A stretch of 64,000 nt of DNA, from positions 1 through 64,000 of the IMG/VR virus record IMGVR_UViG_3300020473_000013. One strand, given 5' to 3'. The position numbers were made by a program, and so were the translations under genes. Positions 1 to 9,662 of this stretch are shown here, one piece after another. Within the stretch, counting starts at the first letter, position 1. The number at the start of each line of letters is the position of its first letter. The notes beneath the pieces were generated by a model. That model did no database searches. It was not told the origin of the DNA and was given only the letters and a program-made list of their open reading frames with translations.

Positions 1-9
1 GAGCGCAAG

Positions 10-258
10 ATGCGGTACGACCGCGAAGCATTTGAAGCATTGGTTGCGGACGCTATGGATACCGATCAGGGTACCGCCTCTCTGACAGACATCGTAGATG
101 AAGCTATGGAACTCGGGCTGTTCCGTATGCGGTACATGTCGGTCCTCAAGGTCCCTTACTCCTACACGGTGTGCGACGTAACGATCCAGCCTTCAGTCCC
201 AGTCGAGAACATCACACTCAATATCAAAGTCGAAAAAGGCGATGTTATTCCACAGTGA
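10..258 (+). CDS. Hypothetical protein (possibly 5'-truncated)
   Basis: ORF track; the frame is open from base 1 (GAG CGC AAG ATG), so the true start may lie outside the window; overlaps the next gene. Confidence 0.55.
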   Translation: MRYDREAFEALVADAMDTDQGTASLTDIVDEAMELGLFRMRYMSVLKVPYSYTVCDVTIQPSVPVENITLNIKVEKGDVIPQ

Positions 259-610
259 GCCAGATCGGATAGAGGATCGTGTGGTCGTCGTGAACAAGTA
301 CAGGGTCCGCTACGGCTACACTGACATCATGCGCGGGAGCCCGCTCGGTAACCCTAGCACGGTACGTAAGCGCAGTAGAGCGCAAGCGTTGGAGGACTTT
401 GACGCCTACCTTAAAGCTGAGCTGAAAGACAAAGCTAGCCCTGTTCGCGCCGAGATGGAGCGTTTGCTTCAACGTATTCTGGACGGGGAGAAGGTACGGC
501 TGGGCTGTTGTTGCAAGCCCAAAGACTGCCATGGCGATGTGATCCGCGCACGCCTCATCAAGGAGGCGTATCGTCGCATAGCAAGAAAGGAGAGAAAGAA
601 TGGGAGATAG
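242..610 (+). CDS. DUF4326-like phage protein
   Basis: Motifs VVVVNK...IMRGSPLGNP and LGCCCKPKDCHGDVI match the DUF4326 pattern (I.RgS.wGNP / LgCwCkP..CHgdvl). Confidence 0.8.
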   Translation: MLFHSEPDRIEDRVVVVNKYRVRYGYTDIMRGSPLGNPSTVRKRSRAQALEDFDAYLKAELKDKASPVRAEMERLLQRILDGEKVRLGCCCKPKDCHGDVIRARLIKEAYRRIARKERKNGR

Positions 611-833
611 CATGTGTCCGTTCTGCGGTATCCATCCTTATGAGTACGTGGACATCGGCGTAGGACAACAACCCGTTGCCGTGACGTGCTGCTCGTTAGG
701 GTACGGGCTTCTTGTGGAAGGCCTCAGTGACCTGCGAGAGGCCGCTAGATTGATCGAGAGCGGTAACGCGGAAGACGTGGAGAAAGGTAAGAACATCGCT
801 CGCAAGTATGATGCGGACGTGGTAGACAGGTAA
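600..833 (+). CDS. Small Cys-containing hypothetical protein
   Basis: 77 aa, CPFC near the N-terminus, AGGAG RBS upstream, followed by a terminator. Confidence 0.6.
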   Translation: MGDSMCPFCGIHPYEYVDIGVGQQPVAVTCCSLGYGLLVEGLSDLREAARLIESGNAEDVEKGKNIARKYDADVVDR

Positions 834-875
834 AAAGAAAGGGCGCCCTCAATCAAGAGGAGCGCCCTTTTTGTT
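832..875. terminator. Bidirectional intrinsic terminator between convergent units
   Basis: AAAAAGAAAGGGCGCCCTC-AATCAA-GAGGAGCGCCCTTTTTGTT: GC stem with A-tract on the left and T-tract on the right, between the plus-strand genes and the endolysin. Confidence 0.8.
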
Positions 876-890
876 GCTTACGGCATGGCA

Positions 891-1418
891 TTAACCGATG
901 TGGAAAGCCTGCATACGGTTGTTGCCGTGACGGTCGAAGCTGACATGTACCCAACCTGAGCGCGGATCATCCGACTTGCGGAACTCACGGATCAGTTGGT
1001 CGAACACGAGGTTCTCCTTGATCCAGTAGTACAGGTCGTCGTTGGAAACGCCTGCGATCTCGATGTCCGCTGCCGCACCTTTCGGATGCTGCTTGCGCAC
1101 GAAGTAGTCGTGCCACGAGTCGTCGTTGATGGCGCGGCCGTTACGAGCGCACCAGTTTCGGTAACCGCTGTTAGCGATCACCTTCTCCAGCTCCTCGCTG
1201 CGGAACCAACTATTGGGGCTGATCGGTCCGAACTGTTCGCGCACCTTGTCCAACACATTGACCGCAAGCGCGATGGCATTGTCGCGGACATCCTGGTCGT
1301 ATACTTGGTTGTCGATGCCGCGTGCTCGGGCGGTGTTGGACGCGATCACCTCGTACTCGCGAAAGTAGTTGGAAATGCTGTGACGGTTGTTGCCGATCAT
1401 GGGTGTCGTCTGAGACAT
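891..1418 (-). CDS. Endolysin, peptidase M15 family (Zn peptidase)
   Basis: QHPKGAAADI and GWVHVSF carry the H-x6-D / HxS Zn ligands of peptidase M15; last gene of a lysis-like cassette. Confidence 0.8.
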   Translation of the reverse strand: MSQTTPMIGNNRHSISNYFREYEVIASNTARARGIDNQVYDQDVRDNAIALAVNVLDKVREQFGPISPNSWFRSEELEKVIANSGYRNWCARNGRAINDDSWHDYFVRKQHPKGAAADIEIAGVSNDDLYYWIKENLVFDQLIREFRKSDDPRSGWVHVSFDRHGNNRMQAFHIG

Positions 1419-1427
1419 GGTATTCTC

Positions 1428-1895
1428 CTAGAGTGCTACGGCTGCGCCCAGCAAGAGCAGGATAGTGGATAGAGCCCGCTCCATAGAGCGCAGGTCTTCT
1501 GCCTTGCGCTTGTCATTCTCCGCCTGTGCCCATTCTCCGCCGATGCGGTTGATCTCCTCTTCGAGTTCATAGGCTAGACGGAGAATCTGCTCTCGCTCCT
1601 CGATCAGGCTGGCGTTAGCCTTCACCATCTCCCGGAGCGCTTGCGTGTTGGTGTGTGCCACCGCCCTCATTTCGAGAAGCGCGTCCATCCCCTGTTTATC
1701 GAATGCTGCCCACGACTGTCCGTCTGCGGTAATGCGATGAGCTGTGGGCGATTCCGGGACGTCCTGTACCTCGATCTGAGGCACCTCTAGAGGCTCGATC
1801 TGGCTAACGAAATCGGCCTCGGGTGGTTTCACGTTATACCGTCCGCAACCCGAGAGCACGAACAGCGACACGATAGCTACGATCAAGAGCCTCAT
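1428..1895 (-). CDS. Lipoprotein, spanin candidate (possible unimolecular spanin)
   Basis: Signal peptide with lipobox VLSG-C, Pro-rich linker, long helical/coiled region, hydrophobic C-terminus ALSTILLLLGAAVAL. Confidence 0.6.
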   Translation of the reverse strand: MRLLIVAIVSLFVLSGCGRYNVKPPEADFVSQIEPLEVPQIEVQDVPESPTAHRITADGQSWAAFDKQGMDALLEMRAVAHTNTQALREMVKANASLIEEREQILRLAYELEEEINRIGGEWAQAENDKRKAEDLRSMERALSTILLLLGAAVAL

Positions 1896-1905
1896 ACACT
1901 TCCTC

Positions 1906-2205
1906 CTACTTCATAGCACGGGTGGCCTTACGAATCTCCACTTCCTGCTGGGTAGGAGATCGGTTGAACACGCTATCACCTACGTAACCGATGGCGAAGT
2001 ATTCCATGGGTGAGGCATCAGGGCGCGTTGCTAGCAGTGTTGCGTAGGCGGTGACGATGGACCCTAAAGAAGCGTAGGTGCGATTAGGGTGAACCCGCAC
2101 ATACTCTACAGGGTTGATTTTCTCCGCCACGGCTTTTTTCAGAATGTGGGAAACAAGACCCAGCACTGCGAACAGCGCATTCATCAGTAGTTGTTCAGGA
2201 CTCAT
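1906..2205 (-). CDS. Putative holin
   Basis: 99 aa with two hydrophobic segments and a basic C-terminal tail, directly upstream of the lipoprotein and endolysin. Confidence 0.45.
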   Translation of the reverse strand: MSPEQLLMNALFAVLGLVSHILKKAVAEKINPVEYVRVHPNRTYASLGSIVTAYATLLATRPDASPMEYFAIGYVGDSVFNRSPTQQEVEIRKATRAMK

Positions 2206-2214
2206 TGGTTACTC

Positions 2215-2499
2215 CTATAGTTTTTCGTCGTTCCATTTCAGCACCGATTCGTCCAGAGAGTCGGTTGCTACTTGTTCCCGCCGCGCCGTTATCTCCTTAG
2301 CCTTCTTGATGTGACGCTTGGCCTCCTTGAAGGCTTCGTTGGACGCTTTGCGGTGCATCTTGATCTTGCCTTCATCTACGGCATCCCGAACTTGCTGAGC
2401 CTTGTTGCTATCGGATGCTGAGCGCATGACGAACGCACCCAAGAAGGCAGAGACTACAGCTAGGATCAGGGCCCCAAAGGCATACAGTTTACCTTTCAT
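2215..2499 (-). CDS. Membrane-anchored coiled-coil protein (i-spanin-like)
   Basis: N-terminal MKGK followed by a TM helix (LYAFGALILAVVSAFLGAFVM), then a charged helix; lysis cassette context. Confidence 0.45.
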   Translation of the reverse strand: MKGKLYAFGALILAVVSAFLGAFVMRSASDSNKAQQVRDAVDEGKIKMHRKASNEAFKEAKRHIKKAKEITARREQVATDSLDESVLKWNDEKL

Positions 2500-2514
2500 G
2501 GTGCGCTCCTCGTG

Positions 2515-3147
2515 CTAATAATCGAACTTGTTGCCGAAGTTATCCTTGCGCTTGCGTTTCACCTTCCGCAGCTTTCGGACAACCCCTTTGTCCTTGACTT
2601 GTGCTCCGAACCTGATGTCCTCATCGTTTCCATCGTCGTTTTCAGACGCCGTCACAGTTTGATGTGCGGACAGAATCTCCACTTCGATGACACCTAGCAG
2701 TACAGCCGAGGCCGACGTTGTGCGGTAAGATGATGACCTTGCCGCCACTGGTCCTGCTCCCACGTTGATGACAGACGGACTCCTGGCCTGTTTCGCGCCT
2801 CTGTCGTTTACCATGCAGATGTACCCGCGATCTCCATTCTTAGGATTGGAGCGGTGGCCGTTGATAAACAGCATTGCGGTTCTGGGCGACAGGGCGCAAA
2901 ACTCATTAGCCGGAAACGAGTCCGTCTTCAACATGTGATCTGCGATATGCTGGCGTGAGGAATTCAAGGCCGAGAAGTACGTGCGATGGCCCATACCCCG
3001 AATGATATTCGAGTGCTCGACACCTTCAGGAGCATAGGCACCCACAACGGAGTACTGGATAGCAGGGTCGAAGTCTTTGGCGAACTTCGACTCCCAGACG
3101 TTCTTCACGGCCTGTAGCTGGTTCGGCATCAGTTCCAGCTTACGCAT
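2515..3147 (-). CDS. Hypothetical protein
   Basis: 210-aa ORF, tightly packed with its neighbours; basic C-terminus. Confidence 0.65.
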   Translation of the reverse strand: MRKLELMPNQLQAVKNVWESKFAKDFDPAIQYSVVGAYAPEGVEHSNIIRGMGHRTYFSALNSSRQHIADHMLKTDSFPANEFCALSPRTAMLFINGHRSNPKNGDRGYICMVNDRGAKQARSPSVINVGAGPVAARSSSYRTTSASAVLLGVIEVEILSAHQTVTASENDDGNDEDIRFGAQVKDKGVVRKLRKVKRKRKDNFGNKFDY

Positions 3148-3150
3148 AGA

Positions 3151-3357
3151 TCAGTCCTTGGTTTCGATGCCTTGATCCTGCTTGTGCTTCTCCCAGTCCT
3201 CGGAGATTTCAGCCAGGAACTCGGCGATCTCCTCGTCGGTACCCTCGAAAGGATGCTCCTTGCCGCGCTCCTTGAGGCGACCCGCGACGAACTTGCGGTA
3301 CTCCTTCTGGGCTTTGGAGAGTTCTTGCTTCTTGGCGAGTGCGATCTGAATTTCCAT
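3151..3357 (-). CDS. Small charged hypothetical protein
   Basis: Start moved to MEIQIALAKK (ATG 3357) after AGGAG; TAATTTC motif upstream. Confidence 0.65.
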   Translation of the reverse strand: MEIQIALAKKQELSKAQKEYRKFVAGRLKERGKEHPFEGTDEEIAEFLAEISEDWEKHKQDQGIETKD

Positions 3358-3387
3358 TGTTGGTGCTCCTATGTGGGTTAGCGTAAT

Positions 3388-3394
3388 GAAATTA
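3388..3394 (-). promoter_or_regulatory. TAATTTC variant of putative late-promoter motif
   Basis: Intergenic, about 30 nt upstream of ATG 3357. Confidence 0.35.
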
Positions 3395-3403
3395 TCGTTT
3401 TCT

Positions 3404-4381
3404 CTACGGCGTAAATTCACCGGGAAGCTGAGGGGTGTACCCGGGATCATAAACGTCGATGATCTGGCCTCGGCGCCACCAGTCGTCCCCGTACAGCGTG
3501 CGCACGTCAGCCTCTAGCGATTCCTGTGCTGACCATTCGGCACGATAGCGCCAATCCCAACGGTAGGACGTGAAGTAGTGCTTGTACGCTATGGTGCGGG
3601 TGCGGCGCAAGGATACCTCGATAGACACAGGCCACGGGCCGGCGGGCTGCTGGTACGTCAGACCTGTTAGCTCGTCGATTGCCCCGACTAGCTTGGGGTC
3701 AGGCCACGAAGACTCTAGGAAACTACCATCATTCGGCCACGTCCAGTTCTTCTCCCTGTACTGGAAGCCTGTCGAGTACCGCACGTCCTGAGTCACGGAC
3801 GTTGACTGCACAAGCTCCCTGCTCTGGCGCACGTAGGTCACACCGTCGCGAATATACCGAATCGGCTTGTGAACATACCAATTGACGATAGCGCGATGGT
3901 AACTGCCGATGTCCACTAGCGGATACCACTGGGCGATGTAACGGAACGCGCGTTTGCCTTTCTCCCGTTTCGATGTGTCCTCCTCTATCAGGATGCGAGC
4001 CTCGCCGTAGTCTTCGACGTTGACGATGATCTTGCCCGGCAAGCTGTTCTGCGTGCCGTTGTTCATGATATAGGTGAAACAGTCCTTACCTACGAACCAC
4101 GGTGCGGACGTATATCGAAATCCGTTACCTGTTAGCGAGCGCGACACTCGGCCTTTGGTAGGACGAGACGTGTTGAAGAATTGGCACATCCACCCGCGCT
4201 GCGCTCCGTGCTCGTCTATCTCGTCCTGATCCTTAGCGCCGTCGATCAGGTCACGCGCTCCCTGTACCATGTACTCCGTCAGAGGTATCTCCAGAGGGAC
4301 GCCTTTCTTGGCGTCCACTTCCAGATCAGGAGCTACAGGTTTGAAGTTACGCCAATTACTCTCGGTGATAGCTCTCGACAT
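3404..4381 (-). CDS. Hypothetical (probable virion-associated) protein
   Basis: 325-aa Trp/Tyr-rich ORF coupled to the upstream 1373-aa gene. Confidence 0.65.
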   Translation of the reverse strand: MSRAITESNWRNFKPVAPDLEVDAKKGVPLEIPLTEYMVQGARDLIDGAKDQDEIDEHGAQRGWMCQFFNTSRPTKGRVSRSLTGNGFRYTSAPWFVGKDCFTYIMNNGTQNSLPGKIIVNVEDYGEARILIEEDTSKREKGKRAFRYIAQWYPLVDIGSYHRAIVNWYVHKPIRYIRDGVTYVRQSRELVQSTSVTQDVRYSTGFQYREKNWTWPNDGSFLESSWPDPKLVGAIDELTGLTYQQPAGPWPVSIEVSLRRTRTIAYKHYFTSYRWDWRYRAEWSAQESLEADVRTLYGDDWWRRGQIIDVYDPGYTPQLPGEFTP

Positions 4382-4382
4382 A

Positions 4383-7300
4383 TCATCCTCCCTTTATCCA
4401 GCCCGCATCCACGGAGGGCGGCGTAGGTTCGCAGAGATTGGGTTGATCCAGCACCTCAGCCCACACCCAGCAGTCCGGGTAAAGCTCATGTGTCTGGATT
4501 CGTTCCTCCTCAACACCGTCGTCGATAGCTGCCTGCCTTGCTGCGTCTGCGCTCGGGAAGTATCCCAACAGGTCAGGCGTGAGAATGCTGTGGTCCGGGT
4601 CCTCGTAAGTCTCGTTGGACGAGCGCTCGAACTCAGCGCTTTTCGGCACCACGGAGGACACGGTGAACGAAGATGCTGCAGGTGCTTTAGCCTCGAACAG
4701 GTGACGCTTCTCTCCTTCCGGTTCAGGTGACATGCCGTCGAACATGGCACGAACTGTTAGGTCGACATCGGGCGTGTACTCGAACAGGTACCGCACAAGG
4801 CTGATCGTTGTGGGAGACATCGGGTCCTCATACGCCGACTGCGGAGCGTGCTTCGCGCTGTACCCGATCGGAACATCACCGCTTCGAATAGGACCCGTCC
4901 TGTCGGGTTCGCGTGCGATATGCAATTCCGTAGGCTTAACGGATACCTCGCTCTCAGGGGCTGCCGTGTCGCGCACATGGTTTGTCGAACGCTTGTAGGG
5001 TACGTCCTCGCCTACTTGCTCGATATGGGCGCGAGCAAGGTCGATCTCCATGTTCATGCTGTGCAGCTTGTGGTGGTTGGACGAGTGGAACGGGTTGTAA
5101 TCCGTTATCACAACCTCCGTGTGGTTATCCACGTACAAGCCAAACGCAGGAGCGGCAGTGTAAGCATACGCCAGGTGCGGGTAATACACGGCCTCCTGCT
5201 GAACATAGCTCGGGCTGGTGGCCTTCAACTGATCGAATCCGGTTGCGCTCTCAATGAACGGACGACCGTAACGCGGATCAAAGCCGATGTCATTCCAGTA
5301 CAAGGACCCACGCCGCTGCTTACCGAATTCCGTACCATGTCGGGCGAACTGGATCGGCAGTTGCTTGTCGAACGCAGCAGATTCGCTGAGTCGCCGTCTT
5401 GTCTTCACGCGCTCCGCTTGGAACGTCTGATCGAACGTTCGGATACGTCCTGACACTGACTTCGTTCCTGGTCCTTCCTTAAACACGCGCTTGATCAAGG
5501 TTACGTCCGCAGCAGGTTGAGCTAGGCCTATCCTACGAGTCCGAACCAGATCAACCTCAGGTCGGTCAAACGTATCCATGGAATTCGAGCGGCGTTCCAC
5601 GCTAGGGCGATCAAACGTATCCATGGAGTTTGGATACCGCTCTACTCCTGGAGCGTCAAAGACATCCTTTGAATTCGGGTACCTCTCAATCCCGGGCGCA
5701 TCAAAGACATCCTTTGAATTCGGGTACCTCTCAATCCCAGGAGCATCGAACAGGTCGCGCTGGTGAGCGTAACGTTCCACTCCGGGCATGTCAAACCCTT
5801 CCGTGTGAAATACTCGTGCCTCAGCACCCGGCCTATCCAATAGCAAGGACTTCACGCTAACATGCTCGACGTTCAGCGTTTGCGCTGTTACGTGAGACGA
5901 CTTTCCTCGCGCCTCTGATCCTGTGAGGCTAACAGGCTCCGCTGCCGAACCGATACCCTGCTTGATACCTGTGATAGGTACGTCCACCAGATACAGGTTC
6001 TTCGGGTCTTCGACCGCTCCATCCACAGGGCGAGAGTATGCCGTATAGGATGCCGTCATTCGTCCTATAGATAGGTAGTGTGTGCGTCCAGTGCCGAATG
6101 GCGAGCCTGCACGACCGGCGATCTGCACGGTATCTCCGTTCTGTACCTCAAACGAAAACACCTCGTCCTCAGCGTAGTTGTCCTTGACGTTCATTTCCAC
6201 GCCGTTGACCAACACGCGGCATTCAGGCGCAATCTCGGCTGTAGCTACCACTCCCTCGCCGAGTCCGTCGATGGTGCGCACCTCAGACAGCATTTCCTCG
6301 TTGGCGTCTCCGTTACGACTCGAAGGAAACTCGATCAGGTAAGGCGTAACATCGGGCTCGGTGGTGACCTCCCATGTAAAGATGTCATCGTTCATGCGCA
6401 CAGGCACCAAATGCCGTATGCTGTATGCGCTGACCGTTGTTATCTCGATCTGGAATGTATCGCCCGGCTGTATCGAGGCTCCTAGGGGCGCTTCCTCCTC
6501 GTTGATGTACAGCTTAGCCCCGTATACGTCTGGAACGGAGATAGTGACCGACACAGGGAAGTTGGACGAATAGCGGTTTGTCCGCACAGGCTCGCCAAGA
6601 GGAGCATCCGTGACAGCATCATACGACATGGACAGAGGATCGTTGCCCGTCGGGACCAAGATGCGGAACGCAGCTTCGATAGGCCCTGCTCGCAGTACAC
6701 CTGTGCTCAGGCTACCTGCGGCGCCCGATGTCAGCACCAGAGCCACAGTGTCTCCGTTCTGCACGTCGCCCGAACTGGCGAGTTCTCCATTTATCAGCAC
6801 CATAGCATTCTCGACGTACACCGGAATCGTGGTGCCGTCCTTCATGCCGCTGATCGTTACGGTGTTGGAAGTATACTCGGTCTGGGCGTTCCCGTCCTTA
6901 ATCGGATAGAACTCGATGGAGTCGGGAATGATGTCTTGATCCAGAGTGCTAACGACGAACTGCGTGGTCGATGCGCCCAGTGACGCCGTAATGTATTCGA
7001 TGTCCCCGTAGTTGGAGCTGGTGACAAGGCTGATAGCGACAGTATCTCCGCTTTCGACCATAGCCTCCTGCCCCGCGTCGGACCCGTTAACGACCAGAGA
7101 CGCGCCTGACGGATCGACCGAGGCATACACGTAGTCGTTAACGCCTTGCACGGTATACGACTCCGACTGGACGAGCAAGTTCCGATCGCGGCCCAGTATC
7201 GGACTGAACTCGAACTCCAGAGGCGTGTAATCGACAGGAGCCAGTCGTGTATGTGCGTTCGGTACGCCGACAAACAGGTAGTTGGAATCCGCTGTTTCCA

Positions 7301-8504
7301 GAAACGCCAGAGGGCACGAAGCAGAGAACTGGGCGACCGTGTTGAAGTCCCCGTCATGTTCGATGATCTTGCGCCCTTCGATGTACGTGACAAAGAAGCC
7401 TGAGCCAGATGCGTAGATAAGAGCGGGGACCGATGCAGGAAGGTCCGCAACCTTCGATGTACCTTGTGCGTCGGTAGAGTAAACGTCGTCGCTTCCACTA
7501 CACACGCAGAACACGGAGGCTCCGTTGAGAGCGAGCCCGTAAGGCCGCTTGCCTACCTCGCGCTTCTCCGCCATGCGTGTCTCAGTGTCGAACACCGCCA
7601 CGCTATCCTCGAGGTGGAGTGAACAGAACAGCTCGGAGCCTGATAACAACAGTCGCGCAGGGCCCAAGCCTACGGCGTATTTCTCGACCGTGACGGCACC
7701 TGTGACCTGATCGACCGTGATCTCCGCGATTTCACCTGTGTCGTAGACTGACACATACAGGACGTTGTTCGCCTCGTCGGTCACCATGTCTTCCACAGTG
7801 CCGCCTACGTCAACGACGACATTCGGAGTATACTGATCGTAAGGGTCCAAATGGACGATACGCCCATCTCGAAGCGCGACATAGAAGTGGAACGCTGACG
7901 GGTCCTCAGAGGACGGCTGAATAGCTGCTTTCCCGATAGACACAGGACGATCGAGGCCGATGCGCTGCTCCAGCACCATGTCGCCCATGCTTACCCGATA
8001 CACGACACCGTGAGTCTCGTCCGCTATAAACCCGTAGTCCTTCTCCGCGAAACCTAAAGCAGGTTCCACAGTCAGGTCTAGCGCTTCTCGCCATGCGAGC
8101 CCTTCCAAGCGATGCAGTGTCGGAGAGCCTCCAGGCGTCCACGCATCGTCTCCCACGAACTGTTGGGTTCCTAGGAAGTTGAGAACGGTATTCTTATTGG
8201 TTTTATCGAATACCTTGCTGTTGCCTATGTCCGATGTGACAGTGAAGACAGCGCTCTCGTCTCCTACTGTCAGGATGGAGTACACGGTACGACCATAAGC
8301 AGACGCGCTTCGCAGCTTGACCGCAACGGAGGAGCCTGCCGAGATTGTGGACGATTGCTCTCCCGTGTCTTCGCCTCCGATCACCAGACTACCGGCGGAC
8401 ACGGACACTTCTACAAAATCACGGCTGCTTATGGCCGCAACCGATTCCGATACGTAGTCAGTGTTGGTGTCACCTATCACTTTGCTGAGTGAGAATGGTA
8501 CCAT
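4383..8504 (-). CDS. Large virion structural protein: YVTN-like beta-propeller plus repeated beta-sandwich domains and a repetitive C-terminal half
   Basis: VGLGPARL / VGKRPYGLA propeller-like blades; several ~85-aa repeats of pattern F.P.......S...TI.G......V...LxING......V..GDTV; 15-aa tandem repeats. Confidence 0.7.
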   Translation of the reverse strand: MVPFSLSKVIGDTNTDYVSESVAAISSRDFVEVSVSAGSLVIGGEDTGEQSSTISAGSSVAVKLRSASAYGRTVYSILTVGDESAVFTVTSDIGNSKVFDKTNKNTVLNFLGTQQFVGDDAWTPGGSPTLHRLEGLAWREALDLTVEPALGFAEKDYGFIADETHGVVYRVSMGDMVLEQRIGLDRPVSIGKAAIQPSSEDPSAFHFYVALRDGRIVHLDPYDQYTPNVVVDVGGTVEDMVTDEANNVLYVSVYDTGEIAEITVDQVTGAVTVEKYAVGLGPARLLLSGSELFCSLHLEDSVAVFDTETRMAEKREVGKRPYGLALNGASVFCVCSGSDDVYSTDAQGTSKVADLPASVPALIYASGSGFFVTYIEGRKIIEHDGDFNTVAQFSASCPLAFLETADSNYLFVGVPNAHTRLAPVDYTPLEFEFSPILGRDRNLLVQSESYTVQGVNDYVYASVDPSGASLVVNGSDAGQEAMVESGDTVAISLVTSSNYGDIEYITASLGASTTQFVVSTLDQDIIPDSIEFYPIKDGNAQTEYTSNTVTISGMKDGTTIPVYVENAMVLINGELASSGDVQNGDTVALVLTSGAAGSLSTGVLRAGPIEAAFRILVPTGNDPLSMSYDAVTDAPLGEPVRTNRYSSNFPVSVTISVPDVYGAKLYINEEEAPLGASIQPGDTFQIEITTVSAYSIRHLVPVRMNDDIFTWEVTTEPDVTPYLIEFPSSRNGDANEEMLSEVRTIDGLGEGVVATAEIAPECRVLVNGVEMNVKDNYAEDEVFSFEVQNGDTVQIAGRAGSPFGTGRTHYLSIGRMTASYTAYSRPVDGAVEDPKNLYLVDVPITGIKQGIGSAAEPVSLTGSEARGKSSHVTAQTLNVEHVSVKSLLLDRPGAEARVFHTEGFDMPGVERYAHQRDLFDAPGIERYPNSKDVFDAPGIERYPNSKDVFDAPGVERYPNSMDTFDRPSVERRSNSMDTFDRPEVDLVRTRRIGLAQPAADVTLIKRVFKEGPGTKSVSGRIRTFDQTFQAERVKTRRRLSESAAFDKQLPIQFARHGTEFGKQRRGSLYWNDIGFDPRYGRPFIESATGFDQLKATSPSYVQQEAVYYPHLAYAYTAAPAFGLYVDNHTEVVITDYNPFHSSNHHKLHSMNMEIDLARAHIEQVGEDVPYKRSTNHVRDTAAPESEVSVKPTELHIAREPDRTGPIRSGDVPIGYSAKHAPQSAYEDPMSPTTISLVRYLFEYTPDVDLTVRAMFDGMSPEPEGEKRHLFEAKAPAASSFTVSSVVPKSAEFERSSNETYEDPDHSILTPDLLGYFPSADAARQAAIDDGVEEERIQTHELYPDCWVWAEVLDQPNLCEPTPPSVDAGWIKGG
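5526..5795 (-). repeat. In-frame 45-bp (15-aa) tandem repeat, six units
   Basis: FDMPGVERYAHQRDL / FDAPGIERYPNSKDV x2 / FDAPGVERYPNSMDT / FDRPSVERRSNSMDT / FDRPEVDLV; TCAAAGACATCCTTTGAATTCGGGTACCTCTCAATCCC occurs at 5656 and 5701. Confidence 0.9.
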
Positions 8505-8517
8505 AGGTCTGCACCTT

Positions 8518-8548
8518 AAAAGAAAAGGGGGTGATAGACACCCCCTTG
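8518..8548 (-). terminator. Intrinsic terminator
   Basis: Minus strand AAGGGGGTG-TCTAT-CACCCCCTT followed by TTCTTTT, just after the 8576 stop. Confidence 0.7.
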
Positions 8549-8575
8549 TGGATCGTACGGCTTATCGGATGCTGC

Positions 8576-9652
8576 TTACGGAGTGGGAGCGGGGATGCCA
8601 GCGCCCTGGGTCAGCAGCAGGATGCGCATACCGGTGTTGTACTCACCGTTGGCCTGCATGGCCTTGTAGGTGCGCGGGGTGTCCTCGCCGAACACGGTCA
8701 CGTTCACGTCGGAGTCCTGCGCGATGACGTCCGCGCTAGTGTAGGCGATCATGTCCAGTTCGTGCTTGTACGCACGGCGCTGGGTGTTCAGACCGCTCGG
8801 GAACGTGATCATGTACTTGTTGTCGACCGAGATGGACACCTGCTTGGTCGGGTTGATGATCGGGTTGGAGTCCTCAACCGCCACGGAAGCAGGCACGCTC
8901 GGGGTCGGCGCGAACACGTCGGATTCACGGGCCACGAACTTCTTGATACCGTCCGGCTGGGCGATCTCGTAGTAGGTACCGCCAATGCGAAGGCGTTCCG
9001 TCACACCTCCGCCTCCGGTGGAGTACACGACGAACACGGGGCTGTAGTGATCGGCCAGGACGCTGCCATCGGCAGGATCGACAGGACGCTGCGCCACGAA
9101 CCACGCGAACATGTTACCCGCGAAGTCGTAGGCGTTGCGCCAGCAGCAGAACGCCACACCATGATCGCTGACACTCAGACGATAGGACATGGGTGACGCG
9201 CCGATGTCGGCGTAGTTGTCGCTGTAGAAGAAGTCCTGGGAAATGAACGGAGGTTGCGTGCTGTCGCCTGCGCCGAAACGATCCGTGTAACGACCGCTCA
9301 GGTGACCGGAAGTCTCGTTCTCTCCGCTCTTGGTGACAGCGGAACCATCGCTCGGAATCTGGAACTCGGTACCGATGTTGATGCGGATGTACTTTGTGGT
9401 CGAGGCTGCGCCGGCTTCGATACGCAGACGCCACTTCTGACCCTGGTCCGCCAGCGGGTCCATCTCCGGTGTGGATTCGAGTACGGCCACGGCAGTGGAT
9501 GAGCTGATGGTGCCGTTCGACGGGTAGACGAGCTTCATACCGCCGGTCTGGATGAGGTCGTTCATCAGGGTCTGCGCCATGCCCATATCGCTGGTCACGG
9601 AGCCTTCGCTGGAGAACGAGACGAATTGGTGTTTCTCTACTGTGTAACCCAT
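8576..9652 (-). CDS. Probable abundant virion structural protein
   Basis: Start moved to MGYTVEK (ATG 9652) after AGGAG; visibly strong C/G third-position codon bias; followed by a terminator. Confidence 0.7.
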   Translation of the reverse strand: MGYTVEKHQFVSFSSEGSVTSDMGMAQTLMNDLIQTGGMKLVYPSNGTISSSTAVAVLESTPEMDPLADQGQKWRLRIEAGAASTTKYIRINIGTEFQIPSDGSAVTKSGENETSGHLSGRYTDRFGAGDSTQPPFISQDFFYSDNYADIGASPMSYRLSVSDHGVAFCCWRNAYDFAGNMFAWFVAQRPVDPADGSVLADHYSPVFVVYSTGGGGVTERLRIGGTYYEIAQPDGIKKFVARESDVFAPTPSVPASVAVEDSNPIINPTKQVSISVDNKYMITFPSGLNTQRRAYKHELDMIAYTSADVIAQDSDVNVTVFGEDTPRTYKAMQANGEYNTGMRILLLTQGAGIPAPTP

Positions 9653-9662
9653 TGTGATGCTC

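Noticed and set aside
10-258. Tail-sheath C-terminal-like pattern (VTIQPSVPVENITLNIKV)
   Set aside because: Too short and possibly truncated, and on the opposite strand from the structural genes; cannot be supported without a profile search.
5526-5795. CRISPR-like repeat array
   Set aside because: Units are contiguous 45-mers without unique spacers and are in frame within a protein.
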